A DNA stretch of 64,000 nt from Balanoglossus misakiensis (taxonomy: Eukaryota > Animalia > Hemichordata): positions 9,015,846 to 9,079,845 of the forward strand of contig CM082577.2 of NCBI GenBank assembly GCA_040954595.2, given 5' to 3'. How positions within the stretch are numbered: position 1 is the stretch's first letter; every line of letters begins with the position of its first letter. The notes below the pieces were generated by a model. It was not told where the DNA came from. It ran no database searches and saw only the letters and a list, made by a program, of their open reading frames with translations. Made by a program: the position numbers and the translations under genes. Below, in pieces: positions 49,233 through 61,987 of the stretch.

Positions 49233-52200
49233 AACGAGTACCAATTCTCTCCTTTTTATTTTTTCTCAGTTATGGCAGAATGCCTCGGGTGGAGCCTGGC
49301 TAATGGCAGTGACGTTGTCAACGTAACAGAGGTATGCAAAGTTTAGTGTATTGGATTTTTTTTTAATTTATTGAAATACTCGTACCAACCAAACTGCACT
49401 TCAAACTCAATCAAGAAAAGTGGTAGTACCGGTGCATCGAAGGCTCATATCATACTGCAATTTCAAAATTCAGTTTCAAAGAAAGAAAACAAAACGATAA
49501 AGCACAACACAGACACCCAATAATACGCACTGAACAAAGTCCACAAGTAAAATAAAGATTGAAATCTTGAGTCACTAAATGGGTGTATGTGTGCACAGGG
49601 GGTGAGGCCAATAAACGGGACAATATATGTGGCGTTTGGGTCAAGTAGTGGTAATTTATTAATAACGATAGTAAAATTCAAAGTTGACAGTGCTCTCCCC
49701 TGGCGGCTGGCTGACTGTCCGCCATGATTAGGACAAAGGGGAAGGACACTGGTACAATACTATAATTAACTAAATCTACAACTATTATTATAACTGCGAT
49801 GTCGGACTAATGAGATCCCAAAGACCCAAACACCGTAGATGTAGGGGTTTAAGAAGAGGGGATTTTTCAATTTCAAAGACAAACAAAACAATAAAGCGCA
49901 CAGAACAAAGTCAAGAAGGTGAAACAGAGATAAAATTCACCTTTGGCAAAACACCAATAAGTTATGTCAAGTGCTTCGATAACAGTAAGCGTACCCTGGT
50001 CCTACGTCATGCACCCGCTATATATCAATCTCAAAGTCTATACATGTATATAGTGAAAACACTTTGATTTATCTAGAACCGTCAAATAAAGATTACTTGA
50101 CCTCATGAATTCAGATCGAGGCCTCTGTGGTGGTAGAGGTCAAGACGACCCGGCCGTACTGCCTCATGACATGTTATTTCTCGCCACGTTTAAAGTGTTT
50201 TCACTCTCAGAGCTGTTCAGTACATACGGTTAATTCCCTTTTAGCACTTTTGTGATATTATCATCATGCCCCACAGGAAAAATATGAAGTGAACCGAAAT
50301 AACACTAGTCTTATAACACGTTCTCTGAGACAAAACCATGATATCTGCCTGTAGCGAGAAATTGGCTTTCCCACAATATACGAGTCGTGTTATCTGAAAA
50401 CGAATAAACCGATACCGTTCTTTCGTTCAGAGCACGGAAGTTGGCACGGTGATATACAGGCTGGGTAGAGCAGACGACGTCTTTGATAACATACGCATTG
50501 CAACTGGCAACACGGTATGTATGAAAGTCTACAGCAAAGCCATATCCGGACTGGTTTTTGCTGATATCAGAACAGTCAAAAGCCCCAAGCGGCTATATTT
50601 GGATTTTATCTAAGGAGGAACGAATTGCCTTTTGGTTCAAGAAAGTCCGGTGCTGTTTAGAGAATCTGTCTTTTTAGCCAAAAAATCATGAAATAATGAA
50701 GTATTTACGAGTTACATCATCTATTTGGGGAATATATACAGTTTTAGCTCAATTCTCCTACAAAAGATAAGTTGTGCGTCATATTTGAACATAATAATTT
50801 TACTTTTTCTCTATATTGGGTCTCTAATCTTCTTTCTTCAGAATAATCGATTTGACGTGATTTCCGATGGCTCCATTTATCTAACGCACTATCTTGACTA
50901 CGATATTACCAGCGAATACGAACTCTTCATTACGTGGGAAAATGTGAGTAGTCGTCCATACAGACATGTATTATCCAGCGTGCGAATGTCAACGCTCATC
51001 GCAACAACTAACACCACTTCTAGACCTTACTCGACACTAGTTTTTGCAATGGAACTCAGCAACACGTATTTTATCACCCTTGTCAATTTTTTGTAGGGCA
51101 CATACAGCGTAAAAGACGAATGTATGCACTTCAACTTGACCGTCAATCTCATAGATGACATCGACTGGCCCGTGTATTTCAATGAAAGTTGTTGCGCATG
51201 CCCGACCAATGCGACCCGTTTGGCTACAAACGTAAGTCCACGCATGACTGCGATGGTGCTCATCTGATGACGTCACACGTGACGTCAAGTCACGTCATAT
51301 GATCATGCCATGGCACCCAGTGCCAATTTTAATTTAGATTTCCACGTTATTAATCGTTGGCATCGGCCTGTATTGGGGTTACATGAAAGATGGGTGTAAT
51401 ATAAATATATGTGTGGACTGTTTTCTGAGGGGTATATACAACTACTGGAATTAAGAAATACTGAGAACATAGTTGGGAGTTACTGAAACTTGAATACCAT
51501 GATGAATCTTGAATTAGGCTAACCCTATTCAGTGGACACTTTCTTACGCATTGGTATTGATGCAATATTTTGTTTGGCCACCAGCCGTATTCCCTACAAG
51601 TGTACGTCACAAGGCTTAGAATACCAGTCCAGGACATGTCCCCCGGTCTGTGGGATACTGAAACTATTTTCTGGGATCCATACTACGCAAAGAAGTGTAA
51701 GAGATTTTTTATTATCATTCAAGTATTCGCATAGACGTCCCACATTGTTGGCTTTACATAGAAACTCAGCTTACTCCCATATTTCGATATTTATAGAAAC
51801 AACTTGAAGCAGCAACGACAACAACAACAACAAACTAGAGATACAAATACAAAAGTAACGCTGACAATGTTAACATGTCCCGTGAAAATACCAAATGTAA
51901 GCGTCAGGTTGTACTCATTTTTCATTTAGCATTATGAAATCAGTTTACGTTTTGTCGATGTCATGTTTCTCTGTGCCCAGAAATGTTGTCATATCTTTCC
52001 GTTTTTTAGGTATGGGAAACGTCTACTTTGATACCACGGATATACTGATGCCACCCGTCACCCCTGACCACGGCAAATCCTTCAAATCGGTCGTCTGCCA
52101 TGGCAGCCGCAATAAGAGGAGGTTTGAAATCATACGAATCTATGCATATATGGTAAGCCCCCAACACGACTGCTGTATGCGTTGAAGATTTGACCAAGAG

Positions 52201-55200
52201 TGCCTCCCCGCAGTGACTGTTGGGTACTTCATCTAAATTAGTAGACTATTCGCAAAACAGAATTTCAGAATTTCAGACATATTGGACAATCCAATACTTT
52301 TACAGTATGTAATACTTAGTATACTTAGCTTATCTAGAGATTGTGAATGAGTGAATTTGCTTTTCTGCAAAGCAAACGACATTTTATTTGTAACTTTGGC
52401 ATAGATCTTAGAATTATACAGAGAATACTGCCTAGTCATGACAGTTCAATTTGAATAATACTGTCATGACAAAGTTTCCCGTTTATTTCACAGCTGGAAG
52501 ATTTGCCTGAACGGTTGAGGAACATGGAATGGTTTAAACGAAAACAGGGACTGCGAAAACCAATTCTAAAAATGGTGTTCAGCCCCAAATTGCTGCTCCA
52601 CGACCTCCTTGGACGAATGCTGTATTGCGGCTTCGAAATCCCGGGAACGAGATTGTTTATAGGTGAATGGATGATAACGGAGCTCGTGGGTAAGATTTCT
52701 TTTAGTCACTCGACTTCCAATTGTGCACGGGGTACAAAGTCACTGAAGTATAGCCGCAGGGCCTACTTAACCGCGTTCTTCCCAGAAAAAAATGTTCCAT
52801 TCATACTACTTGCATCAGTATACACAGACACTTCCATAGATGAAACCCTTTCATCCAATCTGTGTAGGCTGTCCGAAGGGCAAATATGGACTTGTGTGCG
52901 AGCGTGACTGCGCCTGTCAGAATGGAGCCGTGTGTCACACTGTAACAGGAGCTTGCCGCTGCCAAAACGGCTGGATTGGACCTGCTTGTGATATACGTGA
53001 GTAGACACAATGTAATTTGGGAGCACTCATTTACCATAAGCCTAGACGGACAGATATATTCATTCTAATTTAGGTACATGTATATTAAACTACACGTATC
53101 TGTAGTTTCGTGAGGATCACCAGTTTTCATGGGGACTGTGGTGATCTTTGGAGAATCAGTTTCTGAATGAGTCGACTGCAGAAAGTTCCGCGTCTATTTT
53201 GCAACGAAGTAGTTGTCCTGCATGAATCTACTTGCGCACGCATGGAATTAGACAGAAATCGAAAGTTGCTGACGTCATCAATCGGTGAATCTGAACGCGG
53301 TCTAGTTAACCAAGAGACCTTAGAAATTAAAGCTGAAAGTACCTCTTGCTCGGCTAGACTTCCGCGGCACAAGAATCATAAACCTAAGTTTACTTAGGCG
53401 TAGAAGGATGTACAGTCCTATTTTTACATTTACCGTTACCGTGAATACTGGTTATTTAAAGCGTTAATTGCGGTGTTATTCTCACAGAAGCGGGTCAATC
53501 TGATTGTAAACATGCGGTTTGGAGTGGGTGTAATAACCCTCCGCTGAGTGGTGGGTTTTTAACTATTAAATAACGCTACTATCACTATTGAAGGCGTCAC
53601 CTAGCAACCCCGAACAGTATGAAGATGTCACCAAAATACGAATCTGTATTAATCGCACATGAGACACACGACATTTGGACGTACGGTGCCCCCAAAGCCC
53701 CCTGAATTTTGGTTCGTCTACTCGACCACTCCGCAATCACTGTTGGCGTAAGCAATTGGCAAAAAGTCGCAAAATCATGGGTAGCATTTTTTAAAAAACA
53801 GTTTCCTGTTTCCTTGTTTACTTGTTAACCCTTTTCGCCATGCACAATAAATTTCTTATACTTGTATTTTAAGTTTCTTGGTGTAAATCATAGAAAATTG
53901 GCCTAGACTGGTGCAATACATTCCCATAGTGACTTTGGTGGGATCTATTTCCTTCTGATCTGACGTCCCCAACTATCGGCCTTTTACAATTATTTTCTTT
54001 AACATTTTGGTTGCTAATCAATGAGCTTTTGCTCAGAAATTCATTTAATAAATTGGTCTTCTTTGCAATATGCGACCTGTCAACAAATGTTGATTATAGT
54101 TGTGAAGTGTTTCACTGTAAAAAGGCCGAGGAAAGAAAATGTAATTAAATTCACAGAAATTGTGTGCCAATTTTTGTATCAGAAACGTGTTCTGTAAACA
54201 AACAAAATATAACACGGTGCCACATGTATTCCCTGATTTCCCATTCTTTCGTTGCAGCCAAAAGGATGGCTGTAGTGACGCCGCCTCAGCAAGACGTGGT
54301 CTATGGCGAGTACGTCTTTTTAAAGTGCCAGTTCTATGGCTTTCGCTCGGATAATTTCCAGTGGCGTTTCAATGGCTCCGGCATTTTCAACTCTACCGAT
54401 CTGTATACTTTCGGATTGTAAGTAGTACGCTGTGCTTTGTATTAAAGGGCGACGATCGTCTTTCGCGCATGTGCCAAACCAGTATACAGTCATGCCATAA
54501 TGCAGCGTGCCATCCTAACAACAGACGAGATGGCGGAGCCATATATTGTGTAGGAGAGCGCGAAAATACAGCAAATTGGATGAAAAGAAGAAACAAAACT
54601 AAAGTCTTATATATGGAAGGAAGCTAAAGCAGTAAAGCAGCAAAATTTGAAGAACATTTGGCTTGGACGTAATGTTTGTACACACGAAATTACGCACATG
54701 CGCGTTAGACGATCGTGGGCCTTTAAAAACCATTGCTTCCTTATACTACACGATGCCATCTTTGTGGAAAAATTCCAAATTCTGTCTGAATCGGGAAGAC
54801 AATTGACCCGGGAACGAAAAAACAACAACACATTTACCAATTCTAGAGTAACATCATCCTAAACGTTGTTTGATAAGCTATTTTAAGAGTCTGTCGTAAC
54901 CAAGTTGTTAGTCTTGTATTCAATCAGTCACATGCCGCTTCTACTCCAGCTGGATTTAAGGGCTCATAATTTAGGGGTGAGTGGGTTTTTAAGATAACAG
55001 GGTCAGTTGTGCTAGGTTGTGTCACCCCACCCCATCGCGGAAGTCATGCTGACCAATAAATTATTGTGTTAACCCCCTGGGACCACTTGCACGTGATTGT
55101 GAAAGTATGGCGGCTTGGGTACATGTGAATGCTATGGTTTAGTCACGTGTTACAAAGTTAACAATTTTTACACAAAAGTTTTATAAAAAACAAAACACAT

Positions 55201-56020
55201 TTTATGTATACATGTACTCCTTCACTGATGTGATTTTGTTTACGCAACGATCGGTCTCTCTAAAGATCTACCTTGCTTGCTATTCATTCATTTTTTGCGG
55301 GAATATTTGTTTCGAAATTTGCAGTAAGACATTAGTGTCGAAGCAACCACTGAAAAAGTATAGAATAAGAATTGTTCATGCCTTGTAGATTGCAAATAAT
55401 TATTTGCTAGTGGCCTGGAGTGTATGTACCAATAAGTGGCATAAGAATAAAAATAGTTGCTAATATTTCCCATATATTTCCAACTACACGAAGTTCAAAC
55501 CACAACGGCACCGGTTTGATCGTACAGAAGATGAGTTCGGAATACGCGGGGAAGTATGAATGCACAGCGTTTGACGAAAAGGGTCGAAATTACTCAGATT
55601 CTGGCGTGTTGACTTTCAAAGGTTAGTACTCTATGACGTCACTGTCGACTTTTCCCCTGTTTTGTGAGGGCGCAAATCCACGAACTGAAACAAAAAGATG
55701 GATTAAGACAACAGTTACAATAATATTAGTGGTGTGAATGGTATCCTTCATATCATACAATGTTGCATGTTATACCTAGAGAATACTAGAACTTTGACTT
55801 TGCTCAGTCCAAAACTATTGCCGCTAAGCATTTACTTCCACGCATACTTATGCCAAAGATTTGTTTGCATATCTTCGAACGGTAGGTTGTGCTGCTGATC
55901 ACTACGGTCGGAATTGTTCCATACCCTGCGATTGTAAGAACGGAGCCTCGTGTGATAGATACCACGGATGTGAATGCACCGCTGGGTGGACAGGAAGACA
56001 TTGTGATCAAGGTAATCATT

Positions 56021-56051
<31 letters not shown>

Positions 56052-56582
56052 TACACAGACAGACAGACAGACAGACAAAATTGTGTATAAAAAGCGCGTA
56101 CAGACAACCTGTGTTAGTGGCCACCTCTATAGTGAAAACCCGTCTATATAGTAGCCACTTTATTACAGTACCATTACAATTTACAATATGCCTTTATTGA
56201 CCGGTCAATAAAGGCAAGTTTAGACAAGTCCCGTTACTGGATGCTATTGACAGGTTTGACTGTATATCATCATGTGCACCCATAATTCACAATGATCATT
56301 TTCCATTAACCAGAGTGTCCACGAGATAAATACGGACCAGATTGTCTGGAGGACTGCCAATGTCAAAACAATGCAACGTGTGACAGGATGGACGGAAGCT
56401 GTGCATGCGTAAATGACTTCACCTGCGGTGATTTCTGTGAAGTTCAGTGTCACTGCCGTAAAGACGAACTGCACCATTGTAATGGGACCCTTGGAAGATG
56501 TATTTGTCGGAAGAAAGACCTGGGTATGTTGAACTTACAACACTCAACATAAATAAATTAATAGAAATATCATCGCCATTGC

Positions 56583-56636
<54 letters not shown>

Positions 56637-59600
56637 AGTCATCATCATCACCCTCATCCTCACCACCCACACCCTCACCATCATCATCAATATTGTTATT
56701 AAAGTTTTCACTAATCTCTTCTATTTCTAGAACAAATGAAACCATTCTTGTTTTCAATGATCGGTGGCGGAGCCGTGATAGTTATCATTGTAACTTTAGT
56801 CGTAATTATGACTGTCTCACACCGAAGAACCAATCGGTGGAGGCGACTTTTGGATAACGAATTTGCTGAAATGCTTAAGGTAAAGACATTTATTTTTGAA
56901 ATGTTTTTTTTTTTTTTTTGTATCAGCTTGTCAAACTGAAAAGAGGTGATTTCAATACGCTTCCACATTGGCCCAAGGAAGTTGAATATGAAACTCATAT
57001 TAGACAATTTCCTGAATTCGGCAAGACTTTGCGAGATCTCGTGTTGCTAGGCAGGTAAACTCTTATGTGACGCAGGGCAAACAACAAATGACCCATATCG
57101 TGTTGAACGGCACACACAAGCTTACAATTTTTGTTCAACTCTGCACTCAGTCTAGATACAAAACTTAACCTGTATGCTACAAACCCTTTGCTACGGTATA
57201 TTTAACCAAGTCTCGCGTGATCCCACTTCCAAAAGAGCGACAAAATCACCTTAAGTATTTGCTTTCTTGTCAAAGGGTCTGGGTCCAGTGATCAACGACT
57301 GGAAGATCAGACGTTCGCGAATTAAGCTCAGGGGATCAGTAATCGGCGTCGGAGAGTTCGGAAAAGTCGAACTGGCAGATTTGAACTCCCGGACTGGATC
57401 AACCACAGTGGCCGTCAAATCCATTTTGTCGGGTAGGCGGAGATCAGTTGATAGTAGATATATAAGTCAACCAGACTTGGAGGTTGGTTTATAGTTATAA
57501 TTCAATTATAACTGTGCAATTAAAATGTGCACGAAACCACCTCATGCGAGTATATCAAAATTCTACCAATTGAAGGACCAACATTAACATGACAAGAATA
57601 TGTGTGTATACGGCATATAAATAGTGGATACTGAATTCGGAAAGGAAAACTATTGTTACGTGACATGCATTCAAAGTAACATTAAATTTCGATTGTGGAG
57701 GACATTACCATCTGCCTATAGCCCGTACGCAATTAACCCCCGAACGTATGATTATCATCCTGTCCTAGTGAAGGAGACCGAACGCGAACCTTTGCGTCTA
57801 GGTACCATCACTGCAATACACATATCGTTGAATGGGGAGAGTTGTTCTTTATTTCAGGGACGAGTACTTCTGTCACGTATCGAGATTTCTGTCACGAGAT
57901 CCAGTGTTTGATAAACTTACAAGGGCACCGTAATATTATCAAGCTTTGTGGAGTGGTGACGAGTGGAGGTAAGACACACAGAAGTGAATGTTTATCTATT
58001 AGTGAGATACTGTGCAGTACTTAGTCTTGTGCAAGAAACGTAGCCTCGGGTGCGAAAATTTAGAGAATTTAAGTTTTCATTGGAAACCCATACCAGTAGC
58101 GTGCTCCGTCAAACTGAACTGTAAAAACGAGTTGACGCTCCGGTATTCCTTCGTTTTTTTTTTCAGATCCAAAATACATAGTAGTGGAGTATGCTTTCCG
58201 GGGAGATTTGCTCAACTTTGTGAAGGGTCTGAAGGCGCAACCGATAACCGTTACGGACGAGACGAGATTGGTGACCATCTCGCGAGATGTCTCTTGCGCC
58301 ATGCAGTATATGGAAGAGCACAAGGTGAAAATGTTATTAATTTAATTCCGGACATGTGAACTTGGATGTACACGTATGTAGGGATGAAACAATGCGCAGA
58401 CTCAGGGATGGTCTGGTCCCTGTCCCATTTCTACTGCAAAGTCAAATGTTGCTTCACAAAATAAAATCTCCACACATTTATAAATTCGGTCTCTTTGGCA
58501 CAGCTCCTACTTTGACGGCACCCTCTCATTAATGAAGTAATGTAATTTGTGCTTCAATCTTCAGTTCGTCCACCGTGATTTGGCTTGTCGTAACATCTTA
58601 ATCACATTGGACTATGTTGCCAAGATCGGTGACTTCGGGCTGAGCCGAGACGTGTACGAAACTGGGCAGTATTGCAAAGCACCATGGGTACGTCACCTTC
58701 GGCCAATTTCTTGTCTGCTCACGAAAAGCGGCATGACGCTACCGTCAATTCTTACTTCTTAGCTCGTTTGGGGTCACCCGAAGTTAAAATCATGTTTGTG
58801 TTAATGTTTTGAAAAAAAATAGTCGCCAGAATTTAAAAATGACACAGCTATGTATCGCACATCACAGCTATGGAATACCTTCCACATTTGAAGCTAGAGA
58901 CAAATTTGACGCAGCAAAGAATAGCTAGACAATATGTTTTCAATTCCCCCCGAAACTATACCTGAATGCGTTCTAATTCGTTATGAATTTTGATTTCTCT
59001 GTGACCGTTGACCCGATCCAGGATGAAGCACAAGGACCTCTTCCACTGAAATGGATGCCGCCCGAATTCCTATCAAAGGGATGCTTTAACACTAAGAGTG
59101 AAGTGTGAGTATTGAAATATGTTGTCATGGATAGGATAAATCGTTCAAATCCTGTTTGGAATATGAAAATAATGCTAAGCGCATAAAAAGAACCATGCGC
59201 AGTAAAAAATATAATAAAAACATTTCAATCCTTTAATTGGGTTAATTTCGTTTTCAGCTGGTCCTTTGGAGTTGTTTTGTGGGAGATTATATCTTTAGGT
59301 AAGTTATTTTCGCATTCACGTACCCTGAAAATTCGATGACATAACCCTTCATCATATTTATAAATTTTTGAGCATGTTAATATTTTATAGTATCCCCCGA
59401 ATCACCTCTCCCCCTATTGCATACTGCCGGACACTACCTTGCCCACGGTTCTTGTGACAAAAAAATACTATCATTCCTGAAACCAGTGAACATTACCTTG
59501 TTTTCAAAGGAGAAACACCGTTTGCCAATGTGTCTGCATACGTCTTAATGAAAATCTTGCAAGAAGGAACAAGGTTGGCCAGACCTGACAACTGCAGTAA

Positions 59601-60265
59601 CCATTCGTAAGTTGTATAAATTTATAAGCTGAACCCTTGCATTTTGACAACAGTAAATGAGGGTAGGGAGGGAGTAGAAATGGGAGAGAGAGAGGGGGGG
59701 AGAGAGAGAGAGAGAGGAAATCTAGGGATTGTCGTAAGGTGATGATTATCTTGCTCACTGACACCTGACACGGGAACAGGGCGCAAATTTGCAAGACATC
59801 ATACATTTGGAAAGTATCTTCATTCGTCTTCACAAGTCACCTGACTTATTTATTTATTTATTTATTTATTTATTTGTTTGTTTGTTTGTTTGTTTATTAT
59901 AAATCTATTTTATTTCATTCATTTGTTCGCCACTACCTACCACATCTTTTGCCAGGTATGTGTTGATGAAACGATGCTGGGAGTCAGACGGTGAGTTACG
60001 ACCAACTCCTAGTGAAATCACCGACGAGTTGGACAAAATACTGCAGCTTGACAAGGTACGTAAAAAATAGGACATAAGATTTTCTTTATAGCTCAGTCCC
60101 GTTCGCGTTTGGTACACCTCTGGTCCGCCAACTTTTAGAACAAACCCGACACTAACTACCAACTTTCTTCGAATTTCCCAACAGAAATTCTTCAATTATG
60201 TACACCACGACCACTTCGAAGAGGCGTCCACCGACAGCGGCGTATATGGCCAGGATCAAGAGTAG
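47919..60265 (+). CDS. Receptor tyrosine kinase with cadherin, EGF and Ig ectodomain (Tie/RET/Cad96Ca-like mosaic)
   Basis: Exons 47919-47994 (signal); 49270-49331, 50431-50514, 50842-50943, 51097-51231 (cadherin: [40 protein letters not shown]); 51585-51696, 52010-52152, 52494-52689 (unassigned); 52868-52996 (EGF); 54258-54417 and 55494-55621 (Ig: LKC..WRFNG..YAGKYEC); 55886-56011 and 56314-56523 (EGFs); 56731-56879 (TM); 57276-57432 (GVGEFG, VAVK); 57858-57968; 58167-58324; 58565-58687 ([11 protein letters not shown]); 59022-59104 (LPLKWMPPE); 59258-59298; 59510-59606; 59956-60055 (CW..RP); 60185-60265. All phases join in frame. Confidence 0.88.
49198..49232. repeat. (TCTG)n microsatellite
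   Basis: Direct inspection. Confidence 0.9.
56021..56077. repeat. (GACA)n microsatellite
   Basis: Direct inspection; starts just after an EGF exon donor. Confidence 0.9.
56099..56264. mobile_element. MITE family A copy 3 (inverted)
   Basis: TA-CAGACAACCTGTGTTAGTGGCCAC...CAGGTTTGACTG-TA; reverse-complement homologue of 939-1124. Confidence 0.65.
56583..56689. repeat. (CAT)n microsatellite, degenerating 3'
   Basis: Direct inspection; intron before the TM exon. Confidence 0.92.
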
Positions 60266-60384
60266 ATGATGAAAAAGTTCAGGTCCTACGCTTGGATGGG
60301 TTGCTAATAGATATGAAATAATATATAAATAATTGACACATTGCCAAAGTTCTACGCTCTCATGGGCCTACCCCTTCACACAAT

Positions 60385-60669
60385 GTCAAACGTGCTGATA
60401 ACACTGTATTTTGACAAGACGTGGAATGAGGCCTATTAAAGATAATAGCTTATAATCTTACATAGTTGTTATAACGTGAACTTTCGATCACGGTATTAAC
60501 CGTTTGTTCTTCTGAGAGGTGACGCTCCAGGGTCAAACGGGCTGATCACTCTGTATCTTGACAACACGTGGAATTATGCCCACAAAAGTTGATATAGCTT
60601 TCAATTTTACATAGTTATATTATGTCACAACTTATTAACCATTTTAACTGTTTATTCTTCAGAGGTGAC
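60385..60669 (+). repeat. Diverged two-unit tandem duplication (period ~147 bp) just 3' of the RTK stop
   Basis: GTCAAACGTGCTGATAACACTGTATTTTGACAAGACGTGGAAT (60385) versus GTCAAACGGGCTGATCACTCTGTATCTTGACAACACGTGGAAT (60532). Both units share TTACATAGTT and end AGAGGTGAC. Confidence 0.8.
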
Positions 60670-61987
60670 AAATGAAAACGTCTGTCTCGATCTTTGTCAT
60701 TGCTCATAGATAAAGACTGTCACTGTTTAAAGCCATTGCTTCAAGTAGACTTCAGTTGAAGGAGATTTATTGTAGCTGCAACGTAGCGGGTTGTTTTTTA
60801 TCGGATATTGAATCTTGGATTGTTCCATCAGGAGAGAATCTTTTTTATTATGTGTACGTGTACAGTTTTTGTTTTTTTTATTGTTTTTGATCTTGCCACA
60901 GCCATATATCTTGCCCTGAGTTGAGTTTTACAACCATTTCGTTTTCAGTCTAATTATAAATATATTTTTTTATCATTGAAATCAATAATTTTTATTGTAC
61001 CTACATATACCTCCCTTCGCATTTATTCACTTATTGTTTTTTATGGGTGAAATTTGATTGTTTCTGTAATTTGAACAAATTCAAATTGGTGTTGTCCTAC
61101 ACCACTCACTTTAAGTTTGTCATTTTATCTTATGAACAATTTTCACATTAAAAGTACGTTTATAAATCCTAAAAGAACATTGTTTGATTTTAATGTGGAC
61201 ATGTTGTGTAGTAGCAATAATTGAAGGGTCAGCATGGAGAGAGAGGGGGGGGGGGGGGGGCGGGCTTCCAGCCGACCCAAATCCTAACCCCACAACCCCT
61301 GGGCTACAATTATTGCAGCTGGAGTCCATAGCATTTGTTTTGGGAAAAGAAAAGAGTGTTTGACATGCCCAGAGAATCACCATTAAGAACCACAAACGAT
61401 AGACAGATTTCTACAAAAATATTTATTATATGATTTTATATGCATTCATTTATAAATCATTGGTATCAAATATATTAAAATAATTGGTTTTGTTATAAAA
61501 ATTAATAACCTAAAAAATTAATTGAAAATCATTTTTACATACAATAGATGGCAGTGTTTTCGTTAATTTTATGGTATGCAATAAGTTTATTCATATAAAC
61601 TATTAAAATCTATCAATTTCCCCACTGCCTGCTGTCACAGTCATTCATGCTCGAGACACACACGTCTTAAAATGTCTGCTAAACTGTCTCTTGGTCGACT
61701 AACAGAACATCAAAATGCCATTTTGGCAAGTTAAAATGAATTCTCAGTGTCATCAGAGAAAATCACTGCATCTGATTTGCCACATCCTTTATATATACAG
61801 TAAGGACCAATATACAATGTATAAAAAATACACCACTTGCTGGTAACAGAATCAATGATTTATGATACACGAACAACTAAATGCTTATTTTCTGTTTTAT
61901 AATATCTTTATCCACCATATGAGATGGTTTAACACTGATTTCCAAATAAGATACCCACTCAGGAAAAAAAACATCATTTAATTACTT

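Noticed and set aside
51263-51295. CTGATGA plus short stem resembling a hammerhead ribozyme core
   Set aside because: There is no GAAA after stem II and no stems I or III.
56419-56757. Poly-Asp ORF on the minus strand
   Set aside because: It is the translation of the intronic (CAT)n microsatellite.
56978-57054. Possible extra juxtamembrane RTK exon
   Set aside because: It ends in phase 2 while the next exon needs phase 0. The TM exon joins the kinase exon directly.
60233-60250. DSGVYG as a beta-TrCP degron in the RTK tail
   Set aside because: It lacks the second Ser/Thr of DSGxxS.
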